From Vicugna vicugna (lineage: Eukaryota), in the NCBI GenBank assembly GCA_013265495.1, contig MU057640.1, forward strand, positions 1,125,303 to 1,189,302: DNA of 64,000 nt, given 5' to 3'. Both the position numbers and the translations under genes were made by a program. Numbering within the stretch: the stretch's first letter is position 1; every line of letters begins with the position of its first letter. The notes beneath the pieces are model-generated. The model ran no database searches and had not been told where the DNA came from. It was given only the letters and a program-made list of their open reading frames with translations. Shown here one piece after another: positions 52,939 to 64,000 of the stretch.

Positions 52939-53641
52939 ATGGAATATACTCGTATATATAGTGGAATACTACTCAGCCATAAAAAAGAATGCAATTTTGC
53001 CATTTGCAACAACATAGATGTACTTGGAAGGTATTATGCTTAGTGAAATTAGTCAGACAGAGAAAGACAAATACTGTATGATATCACTTATATGTGGAAT
53101 CTTAAAAATAAAACAAACTAGTGAATATTACAAAAAGGAAACTCAAAAATATAGAGAACAAACTACTGGTCACCAGTGGGGAGACGGAGAGGGGAGGGGC
53201 AACATAAGGGTAAGGAATTAAGAGGTACAAACTACTACGTATAAACTAAATAAGCTACAAAGATATATTGTAAAGCACAGGAAATATAACCAACATTTTA
53301 AGTTAACTCTAAATGGAGTATAACCTTTAAGAATTGTGAATCACTATGTTGTACACCTGAAACATATACTATATACACCAGCAATATCTCACTAAAAAAC
53401 GTTTGTTAAGTATTATTGTAATCAGTAATAATGCTACTGTCAGTTTAACATGAGCCAAATAGAATTCATTTCTACAGGAATTCGACACTACCTTCACAAA
53501 TCAACTTATAGTAGAGGTAATTTCTTTAGTCACTGATTGATACCAAAAATAATACAGTTGTTGTCAAGAAAGTAAATTTGGTGTGCCTCTGAACCAATAA
53601 ATATTTTACATACTTATTGCAAAAAAAAAAAAAAGGAAAAC
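52857..53641 (+). mobile_element. 5'-truncated L1 with ~220 bp 3'-transduced sequence
   Basis: The L1 3'UTR ends at ~53399 and is followed by non-L1 DNA, AATAAA (53596-53601) and A14 (53621-53634). TSD taatccccaagga at 52844-52856 and 53642-53654. Confidence 0.85.
52893..52931. repeat. (GT)n microsatellite inside L1
   Basis: Perfect GT run of ~19 units. Confidence 0.95.
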
Positions 53642-56600
53642 TAATCCCCAAGGAAATCATTAGAGTGCTTAGTTTTGAGCACGATGGGTTGTTTAAACGA
53701 ATTTCCTACCAAGAATGAAAACTATTTCACGTAATGGAAAAAGATTGAGCTTTAAGAAAACATACACACATAAATATTTACACTGAAGGAATATTTTTAA
53801 GTAAGAGACTTTTTTTTTTAAACTACTGAGTCAACTCAAATGGGAACACAGAATTATCTAGGCGGTAAACTAGATCTGTTTGTATCTCTTTCCTCTCAAT
53901 GAATGAAGAATTTCAGCAGTAAAATCCCAATCCCAATAAACTAGGCATTTTCCTTCCCCTGGGAGGCCTCTAAAGATGGGCAAAATTAAGACAAGGGCTT
54001 TGTTAGCTAATCCTTTCATGGGATCAGGGTTTAGGAACTGATTTAATGTAGCAAATAGAGACAAGCCCATAAACGGTGAGTGCATTCTCTTCTAATTTCA
54101 CTGTGTTGGTAAATATGAGAAGCACTGTCCACATGAGATAAACTCAAGCTGAAAAATCTAAGAACCACCAGCATAAAATGTGCACCTTAGAACATTCTTT
54201 CAAGTCGACCTTCTATCAAAGAGACTTAAATTGATTAAAAAAACAAAAAACTACTGACACTAATATTAGGAGTCCTAGATGATAAATAACATTTGCCATG
54301 AGTTCCTGCTACTTGTTTTGCAGATGAAGAAACAGACCCAGAAAGAATCACGGAATGCCCAAGACTTACAGCTGGAACAGAACTCAGTTATCCCTTTCCA
54401 GCCCTGCGTTCTTCCTAATGACGTTTGTCAAAGTTGTTGTTGTTTATCTGTGTTGCTTTTTCAGCTGAAGAACACTCAGGACTCAGATAATGATGGGAGG
54501 AGCTGCTGGCCCACATGGGGGTCTGCTGCCCAGGCCAGGGCCTCTAGTAACCTTGAGGACCCACAGGGTCACATATAGAAACCACCCTGGTTCCCATCTC
54601 CCCACACTCCCTGTTGCTTGACTTTGGAGAAATCTAATGATTCCATGCATCTATCTTCACTTGTAAACAGTGATGGTAAAAATTTTTTCCCTGCCAAACT
54701 GCTGTATGGATTCTTTTTAAAACAGCAGCTGGAGAAGAGGTTGCATGACATCCACCTTGTACCCAGTCTGTGATGAGGTCTGTCACGAGGACCATGACCC
54801 TGACACAGGCCAGTGGGTCTGATGGTAACAGAGCCAGTATGCCCATCAGACTACATCTCCACACCTCAAAGCTGGCAGGACGATCCAATGAGTTAGGACA
54901 AGTGTCTAAGGTCACTGGTGACACTAAAGGTGGTCTTAATATCAGAAGCATTGGTAATTAACTCTAAAGGATTTTAAGATCTGTCCTGTCCCAAGATCTT
55001 AAGCCAGCCTGTTCCCAAGTGGTACCCTATGGCATCCTATTTCTGGATCTTCTAGGAACCTGACCCTGGGCTTTCTGCCACCTGTTTTCAGCCATTCTCC
55101 TACCTGGCTGGTGACAACTGGACTGAATTTCCTCTGCTTAGCCCCCTGCACACTCTAAGTTGTTGGTTCTAGAATGGTAGTCGCCTAAAAATTGGCTGGG
55201 ATGCTTCTTGAGATGCTTGTTTCCTGGCTGTGCACGCAGGGGTTCTGACTCAGTGACTTTGGTGTGTGGCCCAGGAATCTGCATTTTAACAAACAGTGTG
55301 ACTGTGGATCACTGGTCCTCCACCCTTTGCCCTCCACCAACCCAGGACACAGACAAGCCTCCTGACTCGGCCAGGAGGCACCGCCGTGGCCACTCTGCCA
55401 GGCTGGCCCCAGCCTTCAATGCCCTAATTGCCCAGTCCTTCCAGGTGCCTGCCAGGCCAGTCCCCGCAGAGACCCCACACCTCAGCTGCACCTGAAGGGG
55501 TGAGGGCTCAGCCTCTGAAGAATTCCTAAACCATTTTTATCTCCCAGGCCTGCGGCTCTAGGCTTGCAATCAGGCTAACTTTCTTTCAACCTTCAAAACA
55601 CAAAAGATCCATTTTCCTCCCTTTATTGGGCATTAAACTTACTTGCCCTGAGGAACCTAGACTTGTGAAACACAGGTCTATTTACTAAAGTTTCTTGTGA
55701 GCAGCTTCTGCTCAGCCTATGGCATAAGCCATCCTTCGGTGCGGCCCTTTGGGTAGCTGCTAATGGGAGACTCAATCCACAGTAAAGCGGTTTCTTGGTC
55801 CTGGTCCCTGGAAGCTCTGGAGCCGGGTCAGGCCTCAAGCCTGTCTCCATTCAGTTTCCTTCTGTCTGCTTGTTTGGTTTTGTTTTCAGCCTCTCAACTT
55901 GCCTCCCGTAGAGTAAGCAGCATCACTCCATACCCACAGTTCCCAGAGGGAGAGAGACTGCGCACAGCATTTCGTTCCAAGCAGAGTAATGCCAAGGTCC
56001 CTCCTGAATGGGCCACGTCCCTCACATGCCTGCCCTGAGCCAATGACTGCAGGCCGCTCACTCACTTATCCCATCCCGAAGCTAGAGGCGGCATCAGAGA
56101 CCCCCAATAACATGGGCTGTATGGGGTGGGGTGGACAATGGTCCTTTAGGATGGGGGAAGGGAGGAACGGGATGCTGGGTGGTCTTGCAATATTGTATGT
56201 AATGGCCGAAACAGCTGCTGCTGGCCCAAAATTCACCCAGGGGATTCTCTGACTAAAAGCAGCAGAAACCAGGTACAAAACACGTCTTTGGTGGTTAATC
56301 TGCGCCACGTGAACTCAGGTGAAGGAGCCATGAGGGCTCAGGGAAAGGGCAGGGTTTCCATCAAATGACGAAAGGGTTTACCTGATACACAGGTTTCTCT
56401 CCTACTAACTCTCTCCTCCGAGTTGAATCTTGTTTTCCCCAAATAAAAGTTGCTTCATATTTAACTGCTCTTGTTTCTTAAGTAACTTTGTATCATTTAA
56501 ACAATCTGACAGATACGACATTTTAAAGGCATGATGCCTATTTTCTTTGTGAGCATAAACATATGCTCAAGCAGAGGAATGAACAGAAGTGAAACATTTT

Positions 56601-57149
56601 TGACCATGAAAGCCATTGTGTGTATATCTAGATTTTTTCTTTGAAGAAATTGGTATCCCATTTAAAAAAAAAAACTGTATTATAATTTGCAGGTGTGAAT
56701 TAAGGACCCAGAAACAAAAAGGATTCAATTCTTTTAAGAGAAACCCACTGATAAAATTAAAGAAACACTTGTCAGCTAGGAGGAACCTGAGTGAGCTAAG
56801 GCTCAAAACCAAGTTAGAAGGTGGGGAGGGGAGATCAATTAGGGTTCATGGAGATTCTGAGCAGAAAGCAAGCTCACCAGGGTCCGTGAAACATCTCCAA
56901 GAAAAGGGAAGACAAGAAAAGCAACACTTGGTTCTTGGTCTAGGTTCCGCTAAATCCATTCTACCACAAACGTAGCCCGTGAAGATCTTGTGTTTCCACT
57001 GGCAGAGAATGACTTTGAAGGATGGAAAATGAACCATCACCAACAAAGAAGCTTTCTTCATTTCTCTGAAGAGACATGGGAGTGGGCAAGTGCTCTTCTT
57101 TCACTGGGCATTGTCTTGTTGGGACGTGGTACCTAGAACTTGGCAGTCG

Positions 57150-57325
57150 GCTGGCCTGAGGACCAAACCCACAGGGAGAGTGGAATAGAGGAGTCTCATA
57201 GAAGCAAAGCCAGGGCGTGCATGCTGCCTGAAGCCTGTCCTGACTCCATGCTTCCTGCTACATGAGATGATAAACTTCCCTGTATTAAGCCAGTGGGAGT
57301 CAGGACTTTGCATTACTTGCAGCAG
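57150..57325 (+). mobile_element. MaLR (MLT1J-like) LTR fragment
   Basis: tacatgagatgataaacttccctgtattaagccagt...ttacttgcagc. Confidence 0.55.
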
Positions 57326-57419
57326 AAAGCTTTGTTTTGAGGTACCAAAAACACAAAGCTTTTTGGTACCCATGGATTCTAAGAGGTAAATAGTAGCGGG
57401 TAAGCTTGATAATCCATTT

Positions 57420-57740
57420 TAATTATTAGTATATGATGCTTTGGGCTGCAAGTTAGAGAATACATACTGGTTTTAAACAATAAGGGTATTTCTCTATCTT
57501 GCTTAACAAAAAGTAGGAAAGTAGGTACTTCCAGGCTATCACCTGGTTAGACTCCAAATCCGTCATCCTCAGATGACAATGTCAAAAAGCAGGTAGGGAG
57601 ATGTGGAATTTATTCTTGTGTGTCTGTCTGCTTTTTTCAGCAAAGAAAAGTGTTCCTAGAAGTTGCTGAGCATGCTTCCCCTTAAGTCTCATTAGCCAGA
57701 ATTGGGGGGGGGGGTTACATGGCCATTCTCCCTTCCAGCA
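57420..57740 (-). mobile_element. MaLR LTR fragment
   Basis: gctttgggctgcaagt...ttttaaacaataaggg...cttccccttaagtctcattagccagaattg. Confidence 0.6.
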
Positions 57741-58524
57741 AGCACCTGGCCTTTCCAGCACCCCATGGAGCTGGCTCGGCCAGGCAGGAGGATGTGGGAG
57801 GGGAATGACAGGTGGGTAAGAGACCCCTTAGCCAACCCCCCAAGCCCAATTTCCTCCAACACAAATTATGCCCATATTTTTCCATATGAGGAAAAATTTT
57901 CATACTCTTTCGGCAGAAAATGTATAATAATGCATTAGTTTAGTTCCAAGTGTTATATATTTAATAAATAGCTGGATATCAAACTCTTAGAAAAGCCCTG
58001 TGAGTTTTTCATTGCCTGATACACCAATAGCAGAGAGAACAGGGAAGGAAGAGCTCTCACTTAGCTGGCAAATCATTAACAAAGCTCTCTTACTGGGTAG
58101 GAAGTTAGTGGAGGCAGTGTGTGCCTTCCTACAGAGGAACCCTCCACGTTCAAAGCCCTTGGCTCATTCAGTGGGTCATTAGACAACAATGTGATGCTTG
58201 AAGTACTTAAAACTACACATGGGTTTTATTGTATCTTCAGTTTCTCACATTGTCCCTTTTTTCCTTCCCCAATACCTAACATGTATTCTCAAAAATTAAA
58301 AAAAAAATTGTTTTAATGTTTCTGGTATTGTTCTATGATCAGACCTTGCCAGGGATGTCTGGGATCTGGTCCAGGATATTTTCTACCAATATATTTTTCC
58401 CTGAAATGGTAAAGAAGGGAAGAAAGGGAACACTGATTAAGCATCTATTATATGCCAGATGCTGCATGTGGTACTTATCCTTTTTTGATGCTATTCAAGG
58501 AACAGAGGACACAGTCTAGGAGAG

Positions 58525-58690
58525 GGGATACAGGCTGTGTGACCATTACATAAATCCCTTAATCTCTCCAACATTCCATTTCCTTATCCCTAAAATAGGG
58601 ATAATAATAGTTTCTATCTCACAGCATTGTTATGAGAATGAATTGAAATAATCCAAGCACAGTGTTAGCAGGTAGCATGTGCTCCAAGAA
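58525..58690 (+). mobile_element. MIR SINE
   Basis: gctgtgtgacc...taaaatagggataataatagt...attgttatgagaat. Confidence 0.75.
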
Positions 58691-58726
58691 TGATTGACAC
58701 CTCTATGAGGTTGGTACCGTTGCCTC

Positions 58727-58916
58727 CAGTGGTGAACTGTATCCTGTCACATATGAAAGCTGATTTTTAGATTTGCAGGGATTTTTCAAGCTAGCTGTTA
58801 AAACGGTTGTTAGCTTGATGGGAATGCTCACGCCCTGGAAATCTGCAAGTGCTACACAACAGTTCTTTTCTTTTTCTTGGAGAGTCAATTGTAACACATT
58901 TACCAGCATATCACTG
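58727..58916. mobile_element. MER63-like hAT fossil
   Basis: cagtggtg...acatttaccagcatatcactg termini. Confidence 0.65.
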
Positions 58917-59947
58917 ATTAGCTCCATTTGATAGATGAGATTCAGAGAGGTTAAGTAACTTGCCCAAGGTTACACAGCAAATAAAGGACAGAAATGGGAT
59001 GTAAACCCAGTTCTTTATCATTTCAAACCTAGGCTTTTTCTACTCATTTGCAAGTATCAATGTAAAACATTATGCAATTTTCACAGCCATTCATTCTTTC
59101 ATTTAGCAACTATGTTATGTGCAGAGCGCTATTCTAGGGACTGGGGTGGGTCTACATACAAAAAATGTCACAATGTCTGAAGTCTACGCTTGGCCACTTG
59201 TCAGCCACTGCACGAGGTAAATTCCACCACTCCAGGACTCTTGCTACTCCAGACCTGGACAAAATTGTGAGGTTGGTTAACAGTCTTGGCGTCTACTCTG
59301 CGCCACCCTCACTGCAGCCCAGGAATCTCCTTTCTCCCTCTAGATATGCCCTGGTCAGAGAGTAAGTGGAACATTAAGAAATTTGTACAAACTATGGTTA
59401 CCAAAAGGGAAAGGGATGGGGGAAGAAACGTGTTTATAATTTGTACAATATGACCCTCTCCTCAGATTATTTGCATTTTTAGGGAATAATCGTCTTGAGA
59501 GAAAAGCCCATGCAATGAGGTAACCTGGGGAGAAATTACCTGTCTGTGGCCATCATGGACCACGGACACTATTTCCCCTTCCTTCCTAGTCCTTCACTCA
59601 AAGGTAGCACAACTTTGGTTGTTTCTCAAACTTCAATCATTCTAATACTACCCTTCTATCTTTTCCACTATATCACGTGTTTCTTTCAATAAACGCTTTT
59701 TCTTTAAAGCAGCTCATCTTTTCCCCTTTAACAAATTTTAAAAGAAAGTGTTGTCACTGCCTTAAATAGGAAACTGTAATGACTTGCCAAAGATAATGAT
59801 AATCAAAATAAGTATTAAAATTATTAAAATAGAAGAATATTCCTATGTTTAATTCTCACAATCATCCCACAGGCCCCCAGTGGTACATGCACCCCACTCT
59901 AGAAACACTGCTCTAAGAGAGGCTTTTCTCTCCTCCCAGGAGGTGAG

Positions 59948-60570
59948 TTAGCATCTAAAATACTCTGAGCAAAAATGTCCATCAACTTGGGGCAACCACC
60001 CTGAGAATATTTTCACAATTTTCAAGAATTACAAAGAAAGATTTTTGAGTTCTTTTCAATGAACTCAAATCACTTTCTTATGCCTATTTTTCTCCATTCT
60101 GGACTCTTTTTCAGATAAAGTCTTTACTTCCTACCTCCTCTTCAGCAGACTTCAGCTCCATCATGTACACTGAACCCTTAGCCCGTCTCAGCAGCCCCCA
60201 CATTCAGTGGTTCCATTTAGGGGTTTTCCTTTCATCCTGATCCTCCCCACACTGTCAACATTACAATTCTACTCATTTATAAGTAACATGATTATTCCAC
60301 AGCAAACTGTGAACACATAGCAACCAAAAGTAAATCTTCAGTTTGGGGGCCTGGATGAATAGGGTATGTCTTGGGGATGGGTACCTCGGGCTCCCCTTCT
60401 CAGTTCTATGGACAACGGATCTCAGAGACCTGGGTCTGAATTAACAGGTATTATGGGTTTGCCTAAACCTAGGACAGTCAGTATACCCTATTCACGCAAG
60501 AGCGGGGGCTGCCATTGTAGTATTTGTAGCCTACCTACATAGCTTGAATCCATTCATTTCACCAGTTAAA
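59948..60570 (+). repeat. Local duplication, copy 2
   Basis: Shared catcctgatcctccccacactgt, ctcatttataagtaacatgattatt, agcaaccaaaagtaaatct and tagcctacctac. Confidence 0.9.
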
Positions 60571-61129
60571 AACAGCATTTTTATGTGCTGCAATGGGAAT
60601 CTCAATTCTGACTTAAGATGGATGGCAAGTGGGAATGGAGAAGCGATTTAGTAAGATTTAGGAAAAATAAAGATGTGTGATGTTTCTTGAATTGCAGAGC
60701 CAAGTAATACATTTTAGTCTCATAGGAATTAAGCCATCTTGGTCAGGAGGACAAGCAGTGATACTGGCAATTTCACCGAGCAATCTCCACCGGATGCGCA
60801 TCACAATGCAAAGCAGCCAGGCTCTCTGCCCTTTTATAAGCTAAACATGCTGATGACTCTGCTTTTTACACCTTTCACTTTCCTGGAGACGCGAATATTT
60901 ACATTCCTGAAGACATTTACAAAGCACACCCATTCACATATTTCTTTTCTTGGAGACCTCAGATCAAGCCAGGACACGCAATACATTTTACAGACAAGGA
61001 GGCAAGACTCAGAGACACTAGGAAGTCAAACAAGGTCATACCAACAGAGCTGGGGAAAAAAACTCAGTGGTAATTCTCCATACCCTGTCACTTGGCCATG
61101 CTGGCCCCAGGGAATACAGTTCACAAAGA

Positions 61130-62090
61130 AATTCATGTTTCCCCAAACTGCATCTTTCCTCTCGGGTTTAAGTAGTACCACGGCCCAATCACCCAAGCTG
61201 GAAATCTTGGCTTCTTCCAAGACATCCACTCTCTCATCATCACATTCTTCTTAATATCTCTCAAAGGTGTCCCCTCCCTCTTCACCGCTGCAACTGCCCT
61301 CATCCTCTCTTACCTGGACCTACCCTTGTAATAGTGGTTTAACTGGCCTTGTTGCCTGTAGTTTGGAAACCCCTCCCAACTCAATTACCCACACCCAGCT
61401 GCCTGAGTGAGCTTTTGGTATGCAGCTCTGAACAGATCACCCCTTGCTTAAAAGCCTTCAACAGTTCCTTCTTGAATAGAGACCGTAATCTGATCTCTCT
61501 TTCTCTCTCACATATATACATATATATAGAGGTAACTATACCTTCTACCCTTACTAAATTGCAGTTGCTTCTCAGCTTTACTGAATATACCAGATAATCT
61601 TTAAAAAAAAAAGTCATGGCGGGGGCAGTAATCAGGTTTATTGATTTATTTTTAATTTTTTTTAAATGGAGGTACAGGGGATTGAACTCAGGATCTTGTG
61701 CATGCTAAGCATACACTCTACCACTGAGCTATTCCCTCCCCCCAAGATGATCTTGTAACTTTGTTTTTTCTCCCTGGGAGGGCATTCTGTCCTACCTTGC
61801 CCATTCATCTAACCAATACTGACTTAAAGGTCAAGACCCAACTTATCAATCAAATTAAAACCTCTAGAAAGTTTGGCCTCAATAGAACTAATCCCCCTCT
61901 CCTGTGGCCACCTTGTACCCTGGACATACTTTTGCTTTGGAGCCTGTGATTCCTTATCATGCTCACCTATTTACTTTCTGTCTCCTGCTAAACTTGAGTC
62001 CGTAGAGGGTAGAGAAATGTCTTAATGATCTTTGTATATCCAGCGACTAGCATGAAAAAATAAAACATCATGCATTGTAAATAAGTGAAT
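61130..62090 (+). mobile_element. L2 LINE fragments
   Basis: cacccaagctggaaatcttgg..., ttgcttaaaagccttcaac, atctttgtatatccagc. Confidence 0.6.
61601..61743 (-). mobile_element. Vic-1-like SINE inserted in L2
   Basis: Reverse-complement tRNA head with tail. Flanking repeat agat(a/g)atctt. Confidence 0.85.
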
Positions 62091-62192
62091 TTAATTTCTA
62101 TAGCAAATACTGATAACTCACTATAATATTCAAACCAGATTTTCTCTTCTTTGTTAGATGAGGTTGAAGAACTCCAGAAATTTGTCCAAGTA

Positions 62193-63093
62193 CTGACAAA
62201 GGCTTAATTTTCCAGAATATATAAACAGCTCATAACAACTTAATAAGAAAAAAAAAAACAAACAACCCAATAAAAATTGGGCAGAAGACCTAAACAAGCA
62301 TTTCAGAATGACCAGTCGGAATGGCCATCATTCAAAAGTCCATGAATGCTGGAGAGGGTATGGAGAAAAGGGAACCCTGCTACACTGCTGGTGGGAATGT
62401 AGTTTGGTGCAGCCATTATGGAAAACAGTATGGAGATTCCTCAAAAAACTAAAAGTAGACTTACCATGTGACCCAACAATCCCACTCCTGGGCATATATC
62501 CAGAGGGAACTCTAATGTGAAAAGATACATGTACCCCAATGTTCATAGCAGAACTATATACAATAGTCAAGACATGGAAGCAACTTAAATGTCCATTGAC
62601 AGATGATTGCATAAAGAAATTGTGGCATATTTATACAATGGAATATTACTCTGCCATAAAAAAGAATGAAATAATGCCATTTGCAGCAACGTGAATGGAT
62701 GTAGAGATGGTCATCCTAAGTGAAGTAATCCAGAAAGGGAAAGAAAAATGCCATATGATATCATTCATATGTGTAATCTAAAAAGAAGGGCACTATGAAC
62801 TCATCTACAAAACAGACTTAGTAAACAATCTCATGTTTTCCAGGGAAAAGGGGTGGGAGGGGATGTATTTGGGAGTCTGAGATTTACAAATGTTAGCCAC
62901 TATATATAAAAATGTATTTTAAAAAGTTTCTTTTGTATAGCACAGGGAACTACGTTCAATATCTTATAATAACCTTTAATGGAAAAAGTATGAGAACGAA
63001 TATATGTATGTATACACATGACTAGGACATTGTACTGTACACCAGAAATTGACACGTTGTAATTGACTGTACTTCAATCAAAAAAAAAAAACA
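62193..63093 (+). mobile_element. Younger 5'-truncated L1 with perfect 17-bp TSD
   Basis: TSD agaaatttgtccaagta at 62176-62192 and 63094-63110, poly-A tail and ORF2 C-terminus ([23 protein letters not shown]). Confidence 0.95.
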
Positions 63094-64000
63094 AGAAATT
63101 TGTCCAAGTAAATTTGCCTAGTAAATGGGTAATCCTCTTTTTCAATTAAAAGAAAAAAAAAGAAAAAAAAACATGAATAACCAATCCCTCAACTTTCTCC
63201 ACTTGACCTTCAACTAGCATCCACCAACCCTAAGGATTTTCTTGGCCTACTGGTCAAAGGTATATAGTTCACCCAATCATGTGCTTTCTCAATTGCTCTT
63301 TCTTACTTGGGTCAGGGTTTCTCTTTCCTTAGTAAACTCCTAATTCTAGATGAAGGAAACAGCATGCATGTGTAGTCTACACAGAGTAACAAGGACATTG
63401 ATTTGGCCAAACCTGAGGTTTCCTTTCAAGAAGCCATGAGAAATAAGGCTGGGTAGGCAAGGCCAGATGTGAACAACAATACGTTAGCACTGAAAGAGAG
63501 CCTAGAAATCAGCCTGTCCAGAGTTTCCCAGAATGGAGTCCACATATCATCATGGTGGAGTGTAGTTTGAGACAGATAGATAGATAGACATATACAAAAC
63601 CTTTTTATTTTAATTATGTGCTTATTTATGGATACTAGAAACAAAAGTCATTATCACATCAGTCCCACAGTTTCACATACATTATAGCTAAGACTTGAAA
63701 AAAAAAAAGGACTGACGTAAACAAATGAGTCAGTTTAGAGGAAAAATGTTAAGTAATAACGTAAGTGGAAAATCGACATGGCAAATACAACGAGGGTGAT
63801 GCCTGAATGACTGAAGGTGGAGAAGTGCCGAGTTACTACAACACCTCTTCGTGTCTTGGGCGTGGGAATCCGGACCCAAAGATGCTAACTAACGTGGCCC
63901 AGGTCCAGCACGGGGAGGGCCTGAAACCAGCATAAGGATCACTCAGCAGTAACCCAGGCACTGACTATTCCATGCAATTTCCACTTATTGAATAAAAACT

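Noticed and set aside
60739..61254. 171-aa ORF
   Set aside because: Non-ATG start, runs into an L2 fossil, no recognisable domain.
1..64000. CRISPR arrays, operons or other prokaryote-type systems
   Set aside because: The sequence is mammalian intron/intergenic DNA. No regularly spaced repeats or gene-dense blocks were seen.

Overview
Mammalian genomic DNA, very probably camelid: it carries five copies of a tRNA-Ala-derived SINE resembling the camelid Vic-1 family. The window holds the 5' end of RGS6 on the minus strand. This comprises a CpG-island promoter (~45050-45950), a probable non-coding first exon with a donor at 44632/44631, and the first coding exon (23242-23139; CDS 23222-23139, [28 protein letters not shown]). 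Bases 1-23138 are the start of the next, very long intron, and ~46000-64000 is upstream/intergenic. The rest is a mosaic of L1, L2, MIR, MaLR/ERVL LTR and hAT fossils, and almost all ORF-track entries are spurious or L1-derived. I found no convincing new multi-gene system. The best oddities are an L1 3' transduction (52857-53641), a ~650 bp diverged local duplication with an indel-free 134-nt exon-like core (51.2 kb and 59.9 kb), a two-donor templated insertion (34301-34448), a TSD-flanked orphan purine-rich insert (25946-26134), a tail-less L1 micro-insertion (59391-59437) and a twin-primed inverted L1 (7056-8040). Repeat family names and ortholog comparisons are from memory, not database searches.
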